This document shows, piece by piece, positions 12,811 through 24,475 of a stretch of 64,000 nt of DNA. A program made the position numbers and the translations under genes. The notes under the pieces are model-generated. The model did not search any database. It worked only from the letters and a program-made list of their open reading frames with translations, and had not been told where the DNA came from. Positions within the stretch are counted from its first letter, which is position 1. Each line of letters begins with the position of its first letter. The DNA is from Camelus dromedarius (Eukaryota). The stretch lies in the NCBI RefSeq assembly GCF_036321535.1, contig NC_087436.1, positions 112,222,001-112,286,000 on the forward strand. The letters are read 5' to 3'.

Positions 12811-13799
12811 CATCTGGGGCTAATTTGTCCTTCTGTCCAGTTACCTCTGCAGAAGGGTTTTGGGAGTTTGTATTTGCCAAGGGTACCGTGTTAGATTCTT
12901 TACAAATAATTAAAGTTGTTGTCTGGAGTGAGGAGAGGAATCTCTGGGGTGGGCACTTTAACTCAATCTAAGGGTCTGCCCTTCTACTAGCACCCAAGAG
13001 CATCAGAGTGTTGCTTACCTCTCACTGCAGAACTTGGATAAGGAGGTTACAGAATCCCCAGGCTGTACTGTATTTTTTCATGGCAGGACACAGTAGTTCC
13101 TAAAAGAGAGCACATTGCCTACATTAGCATGTTTTTTCTTGATAGTCGCTGAGTCCAGAAATCCTTCATTTCCTCCTTTCTTTCAAATATGTGCATAAAG
13201 TTGACCCCCCATTTTAAACATCCAGGTGAAATACTGTTTCATATTCTTAGGAAAGAGGTTCAAAGATAACTTCTGATTTAAAATGACTCCGAGTTTAAAA
13301 TAGCTTCTAGCTGCTGCCCTTAAAACAGGACAACAGATGTTACTGCCATCAAAAAACAAATCCTGGGAGTCACAGCCCAGGACATTTTTTGGAAATGAAG
13401 AATCATGAGTGGAACCTGATCCCAAGAGACAGCAAAGCAGAGTGTGAAATGGTGTGGCACTGGCCCGGGGGCAGACAAACCAGGGGGAAGTGTCAGAAAC
13501 ACACTGAAACATATATCCCATTTACGATATTGTATATCCATGAGGAAAGGATGAAATTAAATAATATTTAAACAATTGGCTATAATTTTTCACATGATTG
13601 TCTCACATCTTTACCTTAGCCTGCATATAAAATTTTCAGAAGAATTCAAGATCTTAAACTAAAAAGCAAAAGCACTAGAAGAAAAGAGAATACATTACTA
13701 AAATTGGGAGCTAGAAAAACCACCTCTCTTCTCTAAACACCAAAACTTGAAATGATTTTTTTAGTAGACATATTTGGAATGGAACATGTACTTTTGGGA

Positions 13800-14020
13800 A
13801 GCATCTGAACTCTGGAGAGTCAGATGCAGGTGCACACACTCTGACTTTGACACCTACTGGTTGGGTGACCTCAGCAAGATCCTTAACTCCTCTGATTTCC
13901 TGTTGTCTTATCTGTAAAACGAACATGTAGGTAGTGCCTACTTGAAAGGTTGTGTTGCAAATTAAAGTCAATATTATATGTAAAACATCTGTCACATGGT
14001 AAGACATCAATTAACATTAA
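13800..14020 (+). mobile_element. MIR SINE
   Basis: gtgacctcagcaag...ttatctgtaaaa...ggttgtgttgcaaattaaa core. Confidence 0.7.
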
Positions 14021-14039
14021 GAATAATTTGTATTAATAT

Positions 14040-14174
14040 TTTTTGTAGTAAAGACAAAGTAAGACTCAAGAACATATAAAAATTAGAAACTACAATATAA
14101 TAGAAATAAGGTCAAAGTAAGAGCTACAGTAATAAGCTTAACTGGTTTAAACTCTCCTGTTAAAAAGTGAAACA
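14040..14174 (+). mobile_element. Ancient L1 fragment, start of ORF2
   Basis: 14144-14167 translates to GLNSPVKK, resembling NGLNSPIKR at the L1 ORF2 endonuclease N-terminus. Confidence 0.55.
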
Positions 14175-16899
14175 CATACCAAACATACAAAGAAGAACTC
14201 ATACCAGTCGTTCTCAAACTCTTCCAGAAGATTGAAAAGGAGGGAATACTTCCAAACTCATTCTATGAAGCCACCATCACCCTGATACCAAAACTAGGCA
14301 AAGACACTACCAAAAAAGAGAATTACAGACCAATATCACTGATGAACATAGGATGCAAAAATCCTCACCAAAATACTAGCAAATAGACTCCAACAGCATA
14401 TAAAAAAGATTATATACATCATGATCAAGTGGGGTTCATCCCAGGGACACAAGGGTGGTTCAACATACTCAAATCAATCAATGTAATACATCACATCAAC
14501 AAGAGAAAGGACAAAACCACATGATCGACTCAATAGATGCAGAAAAGCATATGATAAAATTCAACACCCATTTATGATTAAAAACTCTTACCAAAGTGGG
14601 TATAGAGGGAACATATCTCAACATGATAAAATCTATATATGACAAACCTACAGCCAGCATAGTACTCAACGGTGAAAAACTCAAAAGCTGGGACAAGACA
14701 AGGCTGCCCACTCTCACCACTCCTATTCAACATAGTCTTGGAAGTCCTAGCCACAGCAGTCAGGCAAGAGAGAGAAATAAAAGGGATCTAAACTGGAAAA
14801 GAAGAGGTAAAAGTGTCACTATATGCAGATGACATGATACTATATATAGAAAACCCTAAAAGGTCCACACAAAAACTACCAGAACTAATCAAAGAATTCA
14901 GCAAGGTAGAAGGTTACAAGATTAACGTTCAAAAAATCAGTTGCATTTCTTTACACTAATGATGAATCAACAGAAAAAGAAAGTAAAGAAACAATCCCCT
15001 TTAAAATAGCACCCAAAGTAATAAAATACCTAGGAATAAATCTAACCAAGGAGGTGAAAGACTTATACATGGGAAACTATAAACCACTGATGAAGGAAAT
15101 TAAAGAAGACTTTAAAAAATGGAAAGATATCCCAGGCTCCTTGATTGGAAGAATCAGTATTGTTAAAAATGGTCACACTGCCCAAGGCAATCTACAGATT
15201 TAGTGCAATCCCTATCCAATTACCCAGGACATATTTCACAGAACTAGAACAAATCATAATAAAATTTATATGGAACCACAAAACACCTAGAATTGCCAAA
15301 GCATTACTGAAGAGAAAGAAAGAGGCTGGAGGAATAACTCTCCCAGACTTCAGACAATACTATAGAGCTACAGTCATCAAGACAGCATGGTATTGGTACA
15401 AAAACAGACATATAGGTCAATGGAACAGAATAGAGAGCCCAGAAATGAACCCACAAACTTTTGGTCAACAAATCTTCGACAAAGGAGGCAAGAATATACA
15501 ATGGAATAAAGACAGTCTCTTCAGCAAATGCTCTTGGGAAAACTGGACAGCAGCATGTAAATCAATGAAGCTAGAACACTCCCTTATACCATACACAAAA
15601 ATAAACTCAAAATAGATCAAAGACTTAAACATAAGACAAGATACAATAAACCTCCTAGAAGAAAATATAGGCAAAACATTATCTCACATACATCTCAGAA
15701 ATGTTCTCCTAGGGCAGTCTACCCAAGCAATAGAAATAAAAGCAAGAATAAACAAATGGGACCTAATGAAATGTACAAGCTTCTGCACAGCAAAGGAAAC
15801 CATAAGTAAAACAAATCGACAACCTACGGAATGGGAGAAAATTTTTGCAAACGATGAAATCGACAAAGGCTTGATCTCCAGAATATATAAGCAGCTCATA
15901 TGACTTCATAAGGAAAAAACAAACAACCCCATCCAAAAATGGGCACAAGACCTAAACAAGCAATTCTCCAAGGAAAAAATACAAATGATCAGTAGGCACA
16001 TGAAAAAATGCTCAATATCACTAATTATCAGAGAAATGCAAATCAAAACTATGATGAGGTATCACCTCACACCAGTCAGAATGGCCATCATTCAAAAGTC
16101 CACAAATGACAAACGCTGGAGAGGCTGTGGAGAAAAGAGAACCCTCCTACACTGCTGGTGGGAATGCAGTTTGTTTTGGTGCAGCCACTGTGGAAAACAG
16201 TATGGAGATTCCTCAAAAGACTAGGAATAGACTTACCATATGACCCAGGAATCCCACTCCTGGGCATATATCCAGAAGGAACCCTACTTCAAAAAGACAC
16301 CTGCACCCCAATGTTCATAGCAGCACTATTTACAATAGCCAAGACATGGAAACAGCCTAAATGTCCATCAACAGATGACTGGATAAAGAAGTAGTGGTAT
16401 ATTTATACACTGGAATACTATTCAGCCATAAAAACCGACAACATAATGCCATTTGCAGCAACATGGATGTCCCTGGAGAATGTCATTCTAAGTGAAGTAA
16501 GCCAGAAAGAGAAAGAAAAATACCATATGAGATTGCTCATATGTGGAATCTTAAAAAAAAAAGAAAAAAATAAAGAACATAAATACAAAACAGAAACAGA
16601 CTCATAGACATAGAATACAACTCGTGATTGCCAAGGGAGCAGGGTGGGTGGAAAGGGACAGACTGGGATTTCAAAATTTGTGGATACTGACAAGCATATG
16701 CAGAACAGATAAACAAGATTATACTGTATAGCACAGGGAAATATATATAAGATCTTGTGGTAGCTCATAGTGAAAAAAATGTGACAATGAATATATGTAT
16801 GTTCACGTATAACTGAAAAATTGTGCTCTACACTGGAATTTGACACAACAATGTAAAATGACTATAACTCAATAAAAAAAAATGTAAAAAAAGAAAAAA
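14175..16899 (+). mobile_element. Young 5'-truncated L1 (RT, C-terminal region, 3' UTR, A-tail) with disrupted ORF2
   Basis: ORF2 peptides [31 protein letters not shown] (14822-14833), [15 protein letters not shown] and CWRGCGEK-CWWEC, with several frameshifts and stops. Confidence 0.97.
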
Positions 16900-16994
16900 A
16901 AATAAACAAACCTAATTACCACCCCCCCAAAAAAAACCCCAGAAATTAAAAAGAAAAACTATATATTAAAAAAGAAAAAAAAAAAGAACCATAA
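16900..16994 (+). mobile_element. 3' half of a camelid tRNA-derived SINE (Vic-1-like)
   Basis: ataaacaaacctaattaccaccccccc plus an A-rich tail, matching the 3' part of the SINE at 61281-61514. Ends at TSD aaaaggcagttca (16995-17007). Confidence 0.8.
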
Positions 16995-19249
16995 AAAAGG
17001 CAGTTCAGATTACAGTACTGAGAATGCAAGTCTTAGGACCAGGGAAATCGGCTTTTGTAAAAATACTGGGTTTAAAAAATAATTAATCTTTGGATCCTAA
17101 CTTTGGATTTGGGGGGTAATGGATTTATGCGTCCCATTCCTTGTGGAAGGAAATCCACTTGCTTGATGCCCTTCAACTCCCTCAACCCTCCTGCCTGGGC
17201 AGTGAGGAATCTTACTGGAAGGATGACTTTAAGAATGAAAACCAGATGCAGCTCTTCGCTCTCTTCTTGCTCTTGTGGAGAAAGTGCACATTCTGCTGGC
17301 TCGTGGGGCCCGGCTAAGCTTACTGTCACGTGGGGAAGCAGGTCTTCCCAGGAGGTCTTCAGGGCTGCAGGGCCACCTCTGACTGCATGGCTATGTCTCC
17401 CTGATTCAGTCTAGGAAGGCTGCTTGCCTGCAGATAAAAGCCACATTCTCCATCTCAGCATTGTTCATAATAAGGTATTCTGTTGATGTCCATATAATGT
17501 AACTCATATCCCACTCTAAACTGATTCAAAATTTGGTCAGGAAAGTGCTTCCTTTTACTGCCTGGGACTCCTCAGACTCCAAGATACAAGAATCACCAAG
17601 TTTTTCTTGGCCTTAACCATCAGGCTATTCAGACCCAAAATGGTAAGGTGGCCACCTTAAATGTAACAATACACAGCAAAATGTAAACTAAATGCAAAGA
17701 GATTTTGATATGACTTTTCTACTTTTTTAATGTAAAGGACTGGTGAAATTATCAGGCCAGTTGTGAATAAAAGTTGTCTCTATTTGTTCTGGTTCCGGTT
17801 TCTCTCTACTCAGATTCTCCTGGTTCTCACCAGTTTGTCTCTCTTGCAACTTTGTCTTAGGTCAGTTGCCAGGGTGTGTGCTTTCCCTTGATTCCTGACA
17901 TAATGTGAGATTTGCAGGCCAAAATCTTGGATTCTGCATACTGTTGTTCAAAAATAAAGTGTATAGAGGCACTTAATGGAAAATACTTCTGAAAGGGCAC
18001 TGTCCCAGGAAGGGGTGCCCTATGTTTCACCTGGCCCTGCCCATCCCTGTTTCTGCGAGGGTCTACATCTGCCTTTCTTCCTTTGGCATCTGGTTGGCAG
18101 TGGGTTTCAATTCCAACCCTCGGATTGGAGTGTGATCTGAACATGGATTCCTCCTTCAAGCAGAAAGGCAGGTGCTATTCCATCGGCCGTAAAAATGGTT
18201 AAACACGTTTCCCTCTTTCCCAAACACAGCAGCTGGAGTTTTACTGTTTAACCAATTCGTGCCCACCTTAGTGGGGTTCATAGCTTCACCTCCCTGAGCC
18301 TCAGATCTTTCATCCATGAAGAACCAAATATAGGTTCTCTGGCTTCTGAATCCCTTATTCCCCTCTGCTTCATTTCCAAGAGAGTCAGGTAGCCATGGAA
18401 ACAACTGAATATTAATACTCAAAATAGACCATCATTCATTTCTCTCTGAACAATACAACAGAAATAAAGATTGTGGTGGGTACAATCTGAATTCTTACAA
18501 CAAATTATGAGAGCCAGGTGCAGAATAGAGTTGGAAAAGAAGAGGCCACACCAGGAAAGATTTTCTTGAGCCTTTGAATGTAAAACTCATGGAAGGCCAG
18601 AGATAATACATTGATCATTTAAGGGTGCACCGACTTTCATGAGCACTGGACTTTGTCACTTAATGAATACCTCCTAGGATTGGGTCCTGTTGGACTTCAA
18701 GTGAACTGTGATGTCATTCATATGTTTATGCTAGAGGTCACCCCAAGCCTGTCCTACCATGACCTTGGCCCCCAACCTGGGGCAGCTGAAGGTAGGTTAT
18801 AGCCCACTCTCTTGTTTTGTGTTCTTCGTGACTCCACTACTGTCGAAGATTTCCTTTCTCCCTCAATGCGATTCACTGGGAGCAATATTCTGAATGATCT
18901 CCCTGGATCACAAGCCACATCCTTGGCTGTCGGTGAGCAAACAGAACACCTTGACTTGCAGTCCTACCAATATTTTACCCAATTAAGATGAAGTAAAAGA
19001 AATAGACCACCCTTACTAGAAGAAAGGGGGATGCATACTGCAAAACCCGAAAACAACTCAAGGCAGGTGTGGGTAAGAGAGAACAACACAGATGCAGAAA
19101 GACTGCAATGTGCTGTGACATGGGGAGGGTTTTGGCTCATGGAAGTGGTGGCGATGGGGCCACTGGGGTTCCTCAGGCTGTAAAACTGGGAGTTTGATTC
19201 CAGTGGGATGATTGCACCTGACAGCTAAGATACAGATAGATGGCTGTTG

Positions 19250-21230
19250 TTAGAATTTATATTTCTTTGATTACCAGTAGGTTGAACATTTGTCATATGT
19301 TTATTAATGATTCATAGTTTGATAAACTTCATCATATTCTTTGCCTATTTTTCTCTTAGAGTTTTATCCTCTCTCCAAGTCTCAAATGCTTTTATTACAA
19401 CAGCAATGGTAACTATTTGCCTAGTAGATTTATGATACTTAATTCTCCCAGTTATGATTTCCTTTTGATTTTTATGTTATGAAGAAGTTTGAAAGTTTTA
19501 GAATATAAAATCATATGATAGTCTTCATAAAATTTTCTCTATTGTTTTTATACTTGGAAAGTCAGTTTATAGTATCAGATTAGACAGGCAATACAGCTGT
19601 ATTTTCTTCTTATTTTATGCTTTTGTTTTACACATTTGGCTTCTTGTTCCATTTGGGAATTTAATTTTTTTCTCTTGGGAGTGCTGAGTATATACAATTA
19701 TGTCCTTCTCCCATTGTTAGCTAATGGTGTAAACATCATTCATCAAATAATTTTTCCCTGCCTATGGATTTGTGATGTCATTTATGTCATTAATGAAATC
19801 CTTAAATATACTAGAACTTATTTCTAAGCTGTCTATTCTGGTTTAACAATCTGTCAATTGTCATAATTATAATGTTTTATGAATTATTGATGCAATATAA
19901 AGCAATTAAATAGGAAAAAATTTCTCCTCACCAATTTCTCTTATTTCTCAAAAAAATTTTGAGCAATTGTGCCGGATTGTATTTCTTAAAGAAATTTAGA
20001 ATGATGTTTATCACGAAAAGTTATTTTGGGATTTTGATTGAATAGTTATGTTAATTTGAGATGAACTTACATCTTTGTAGATACACAATCATAATAGTAC
20101 TTGGGGTTTAATGAATACTATCTATGTTCCAAAAGTCTTACATATGTATTATCTCACTTAATTTTCAAAATAGCCTTATGGGATAAGTACTATTATGGGA
20201 CTCACTTGAGAAATGAGACCCAGAGAAATTATATGTCTTTCTAAAAATCACATAGCTTATTAGAGGCAGATACAGGACTTAAACTCAGTTCTGTCTCTAG
20301 TCTTTGCATATAAGAACTCCCTCCAATTGCTCTGCGTTCTTTTTCTCTGTCTTAGAGGAGTTTCATTGTTTTTTCCATAAATATTTTGTACTTTAAAAAT
20401 TAAGTTTATTCCTAGGTAATTTATATGTATTTTCACTTCTATTCATTCTATTTCTCTATTTTTTTACATATATGAAAGGTGCTAATTTTTATATTTATAG
20501 TGTACCTATAGTGATCTGTTAAACATGTTGGCAGTTGATTGTCCTGGATTTTCACCAGCAAAAGAATGATAATATTGTTAACAGGGCAATCCTTCCAAGT
20601 TGATCTATAGATTCAATGCAATCCCCATCATTTATAGGAAATGTCTAGAAAGGGCAAGTCTGTAGAGATAGAAAGTGGATTAGTGATGGCCTGTGGCTGG
20701 TAGGAGGGTGGTTGGGGGAAAAGGAGAGTGATTGCTGACGGACATGGGGTTTTGGGGGAGTGTGATGAAAATGTTCTAAAACTGATCATAGTTATGTGAA
20801 TGTCCGTGAATGTACTAAAACCCGTTAACCCATATACTTTAAATAGGTGTATTGTATGCTATGTGAATTATATCTCAGCAAAGCTGTTGTATAAAAATGA
20901 TCCTTCTATATTTTTCCTAGTAAGTACACGTATTATTTTCTGTTTCACTATGATAGGCCATATGCACAGTGTCTATCACGCATGGAAACATATGCTTTGA
21001 CAAATAACTGGATCTAATCACATTAAAAATAGCTTTTGGGGTTGGATCCTGCTGAATTTCATTGGAACTGAGGTGTTGTCTTGTTTGATTAGCCAAAACT
21101 TTAATAATGGCTAAATTTGTTATATTCTTATTATGTGCCTGATGCCTTTCCAAGAATTTTCTTCTACTTGTATTGATTCATTTAATTTCCAAACAATTAT
21201 ATTCATTTTAATATATATGCAAATTTTAAA
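19250..21230 (-). mobile_element. Ancient degenerate L1 (ORF2 3' part), interrupted by a MIR (~20090-20300) and an L1 3' end
   Basis: T-rich antisense L1 motifs: gttgaacattt, gggattttgattg, aagtttattcctagg. Confidence 0.6.
20590..20895 (+). mobile_element. L1MB/MC-type 3' end
   Basis: gatctatagattcaatgcaatccc, gatagaaagtggattagtg, gatgaaaatgttctaaaact, tatctcagcaaagctgtt. Confidence 0.8.
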
Positions 21231-21559
21231 ATGTTGGCTAAAAATGGCGGGAAGAATAATGGTGAGAGTGTAAATCCTCTTGTAAATCCTCTTAAAAATT
21301 TTAAGAAACTTCAAACACTGTAACTAGAGAGAAATTCTTAGTTTCAGATTGTAACTGCAAAGAGTGAAAATTAAAAAGTCAAGCTTCAATTTAATAAATC
21401 CCAAAAGCACAGTTAAACAAAGATAAGAAAAACAGGATAGAAAATACTAAAAATCACAAACAGAAATTAATTTTTATATCAACTTGAAAGAAACCTACAT
21501 TCTGAAGAGAAATCATAGCAGTGCTTTCAGAAGCACCACGGGCCATAGGGTTACATTGA

Positions 21560-22250
21560 AACTATATGAGCTATTACTGAGCCCAGAAAGGACAGGGCAC
21601 CTTCAAGTTTATTCTACACAGGTAGCATAATTCTGATAGCATAATAGACTAAAACAGAACAAAAAAGGAAACCAGTATCCCAGTTCCACTCAACACAGAT
21701 AACTTCAGCATAAATGAAATAATAACAAATACAATGTAGCAGCATATCAAGAGTATAGCATGACCAAGTAGGGGTAACCTAACAAAGTTAGGAAATACAT
21801 CAACAAAACATATCTAACAGCACAAAAAGAAAAGTACACTTGATGATTTTTTTAGCTGACAAAATGGCATTTGCTAAAATTTAACTTCCATCAGTGATTA
21901 AATAAAAAATAACAGAAAATCTTAAAAGACTGTTTCCTTTATGTATTACAGAGTTGACTGCATCATATTAAATGAGGAAACACACTAGAAACACGTTCAC
22001 TGAAACAAGGAGTAACACAAAAATGCCTGTTGTCACCGTCACTATTTAATATAGGTTAAATTTTATCCAGTGCATTAATCAAAGTAATTAAAACAAAAGA
22101 TACATCTATTAGAAAGGAGGAAAGAAAATTTATCAATATTTACCAGAAAATTGATTCTGTACCTTAAAAAGCACAAAAGAATGGAATGAAGAACTACTAG
22201 AATTAGTGAGAAAATTCAAAGTTGTCAAATTAAGAGACTAGGATGAAAAC
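21560..22250 (+). mobile_element. Ancient L1 RT-region fragment
   Basis: Degenerate catgaccaagtagggg, gcatttgctaaaatt, ctatttaatatag and gaactactagaattag motifs. Confidence 0.6.
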
Positions 22251-22259
22251 AAAAATCCA

Positions 22260-22933
22260 TTAGTTTTATGAGCAATGGCTTCAATTTCCTTATTTCAAAA
22301 TAGAATGTACATAATAATTACATTTTTTCTTTGACCTAATACTTATTTAGGAGAATTTTCAAAAATTTTAAGTGATAAGGAATATTTGTCTACATTTCTG
22401 TTAAATATTTTTGTATTATTATATTGTGATCAAAGCATCCAACCTGTGCAATTACTACCTTGGTGAATGCCTTTTTGTGGACCTGTTATTTGGAATGTTT
22501 TTGTATACATTACATTAAAATGTGATACTTAACTAATTTGTCTAAAAATAAATATGTAGCCATTATTTCATTCTAATTACATTTTTTAATTTTCTTCTAT
22601 GTTCTCATTTTCTTCTTATTTAATCTGTGAAAAACTAATGTAATATATTACCATTATGCTCTAGTCAAATTCCTGAGTTCTAACAGTCTTTTGTTTGTAT
22701 TCTGATGCTTTGTTTCTTGGAACACAAAGTACTTTTGTCAATATAAAATTTAGTATTCTTTACCACACATTTTAACTTGCCTAAAAATTAAAATGTATCT
22801 TGATTCCCTTTTGTTTATGTGTAACTGATAATTTCCCATCCTTTTAATTATAATCATTCCAAGTCATTTTTATCTGACAAATGTTTTCTTAATTGCTGAA
22901 TATTGATTTCCTTTTGTATCTGTCTCTCTTTTC
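22260..22933 (-). mobile_element. Ancient L1 endonuclease-region fragment
   Basis: The minus strand at 22726-22691 reads CVPRNKASEYKQ, resembling YAPNNRASKYIKQ of the L1 endonuclease. Confidence 0.55.
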
Positions 22934-22946
22934 TGTTTCACCTTTT

Positions 22947-24388
22947 TTTTTTAACATTTTTTATAGAGTTGTAATCATTTTACAATGTTGTGTCAATTTC
23001 CAGTGTAGAGCACAATTTTTCACTTTTACATGAACATATATATATATTCATCGTCACATTTTTTTTCACTGTGAGCTACCACAAGATCTTATATATATTT
23101 CCCTGTGCTATACAGTATAATCTTGTTTATCTTTTCTGAATATGCCTGTCAGTATCCACAAATTTTGAATCCCAGTCTGTCCCTTCCCACCTCCCTCCCC
23201 CTTGGCAACCACAAGTTTGTATTCTATGTCTGTGAGTCTATTTCTGTTTTGTATTTATGCTTTGTTTGTTTGTTTGTTTGTTTGTTTTTAGATTCCACAT
23301 ATGAGCAATCTCATGTGGTATTTTTCTTTCTCTTTCTGGCTTACTTCACTTAGAATGACATTCTCCAGGGACATCTATGTTGCTGCAAATGGCATTATGT
23401 TGTCAGTTTTTATGGCTGAATAGTATTCCAGTGTATAAATATACCACTACTTCTTTATCCAGTCATCTGTTGATGGACATTTAGGCTGTTTCCATGTCTT
23501 GGCTATTGTAAACAGTGCTGCTATGAACATTGGGGTGCAGCTGTCTTTTTGAAGTAGGGTTCCTTCTGGATATATGCCCAGGAGTGGGATTCCTGGGTCA
23601 TATGGTAAGTCTATTCCTAATCTTTTGAGGAATCTCCATACTGTTTTCCACAGTGGCTGCACCAAACCAAACTGCATTCCCATCAGCAGTGTAAGAGGGT
23701 TCTCTTTTCTCCACAGCCTCTCCAGCGTTTGTCATTTGTGGACTTTTGAATGATGGCCATTCTGACTGGTGTGAGGTGATACCTCATTGTAGTTTTGATT
23801 TGCATTTCTCTGATAATTAGTGATATTGAGCATTTTTTCATGTGCCTATTGACCATTTGTATTTCTTCCTTGGAGAATTGCTTGTTTAGGTCTTGTGCCC
23901 ATTTTTGGATTGGGTTGTTTGTTTTTTTCTTATGAAGTCATATGAGCTGCTTATATATTCTGGAGATCAAGCCTTTGTCGGTTTCATTGTTTGTAAAAAT
24001 TTTCTCCCATTCCGTAGGTTGTCGATTTGTTTTACTTATGGTTTCCTTTGCTGTGCAGAAGCTTGTACATTTCATTAGGTCCCATTTGTTTATTCTTGCT
24101 TTTATTTCTATTGCTTGGGTAGACTGCCCTAGGAGAACATTTTTGAGATGTATGTGAGATAATGTTTTGCCTATATTTTCTTCTAGGAGGTTTATTGTAT
24201 CTTGTCTTATGTTTAAGTCTTTGATCCATTTTGAGTTTATTTTTGTGTATGGTGTAAGGGAGTGTTTCAGCTTCATTGATTTGCATGCTGCTGTCCAGTT
24301 TTCCCAAGAGCATTTGCTGAAGAGACTGTCTTTATTCCATTGTATATTCTTGCCTCCTTTGTCGAAGATTTGTTGACCAAAAGTTTGT
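22947..24388 (-). mobile_element. Young 5'-truncated L1 (~1.44 kb), inverted near-copy of 15453-16890
   Basis: ORF-track peptides are almost identical to those of the first copy. The T-tract at 22943-22952 is its poly(A) tail. Confidence 0.97.
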
Positions 24389-24475
24389 TTATTTACTAAT
24401 GGAGATATTGGGGATTGAACCCAGGACCTAGTGCATGCTAAGCATGCACTCTACCACTAAGATATACCCTCCCCC
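24389..24475 (-). mobile_element. 5' half of a camelid tRNA-derived SINE (Vic-1-like)
   Basis: Minus strand gggggagggtatatcttagtggtagagtgcatgcttagcatgcactaggtcctgggttcaatcccc, with A and B boxes. Flanked by TSD at 24477-24489. Confidence 0.9.

Noticed and set aside
14496..16846. Multiple ORFs with RT-like peptides
   Set aside because: These are fragments and antisense frames of a disabled L1 ORF2, not a host gene.
16900..16994. Possible L1 3' transduction
   Set aside because: Better explained as the 3' half of the interrupted SINE, given the motif match and the TSD pairing.
19250..22933. Second, internal inversion within one ancient L1
   Set aside because: The + fragment (~22060-22140) and the - fragment (~20900-20960) appear to cover the same ORF2 region, which implies separate elements. 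The sequence is too degenerate to resolve by eye.
22947..24475. SINE-L1 chimeric retrocopy formed by template switching
   Set aside because: A separate 12-bp TSD for the L1 and the displaced SINE tail indicate nested insertion.
24389..24475. tRNA gene
   Set aside because: It has A and B boxes but is a SINE head with a TSD and no full cloverleaf. The same applies to 61281-61514.
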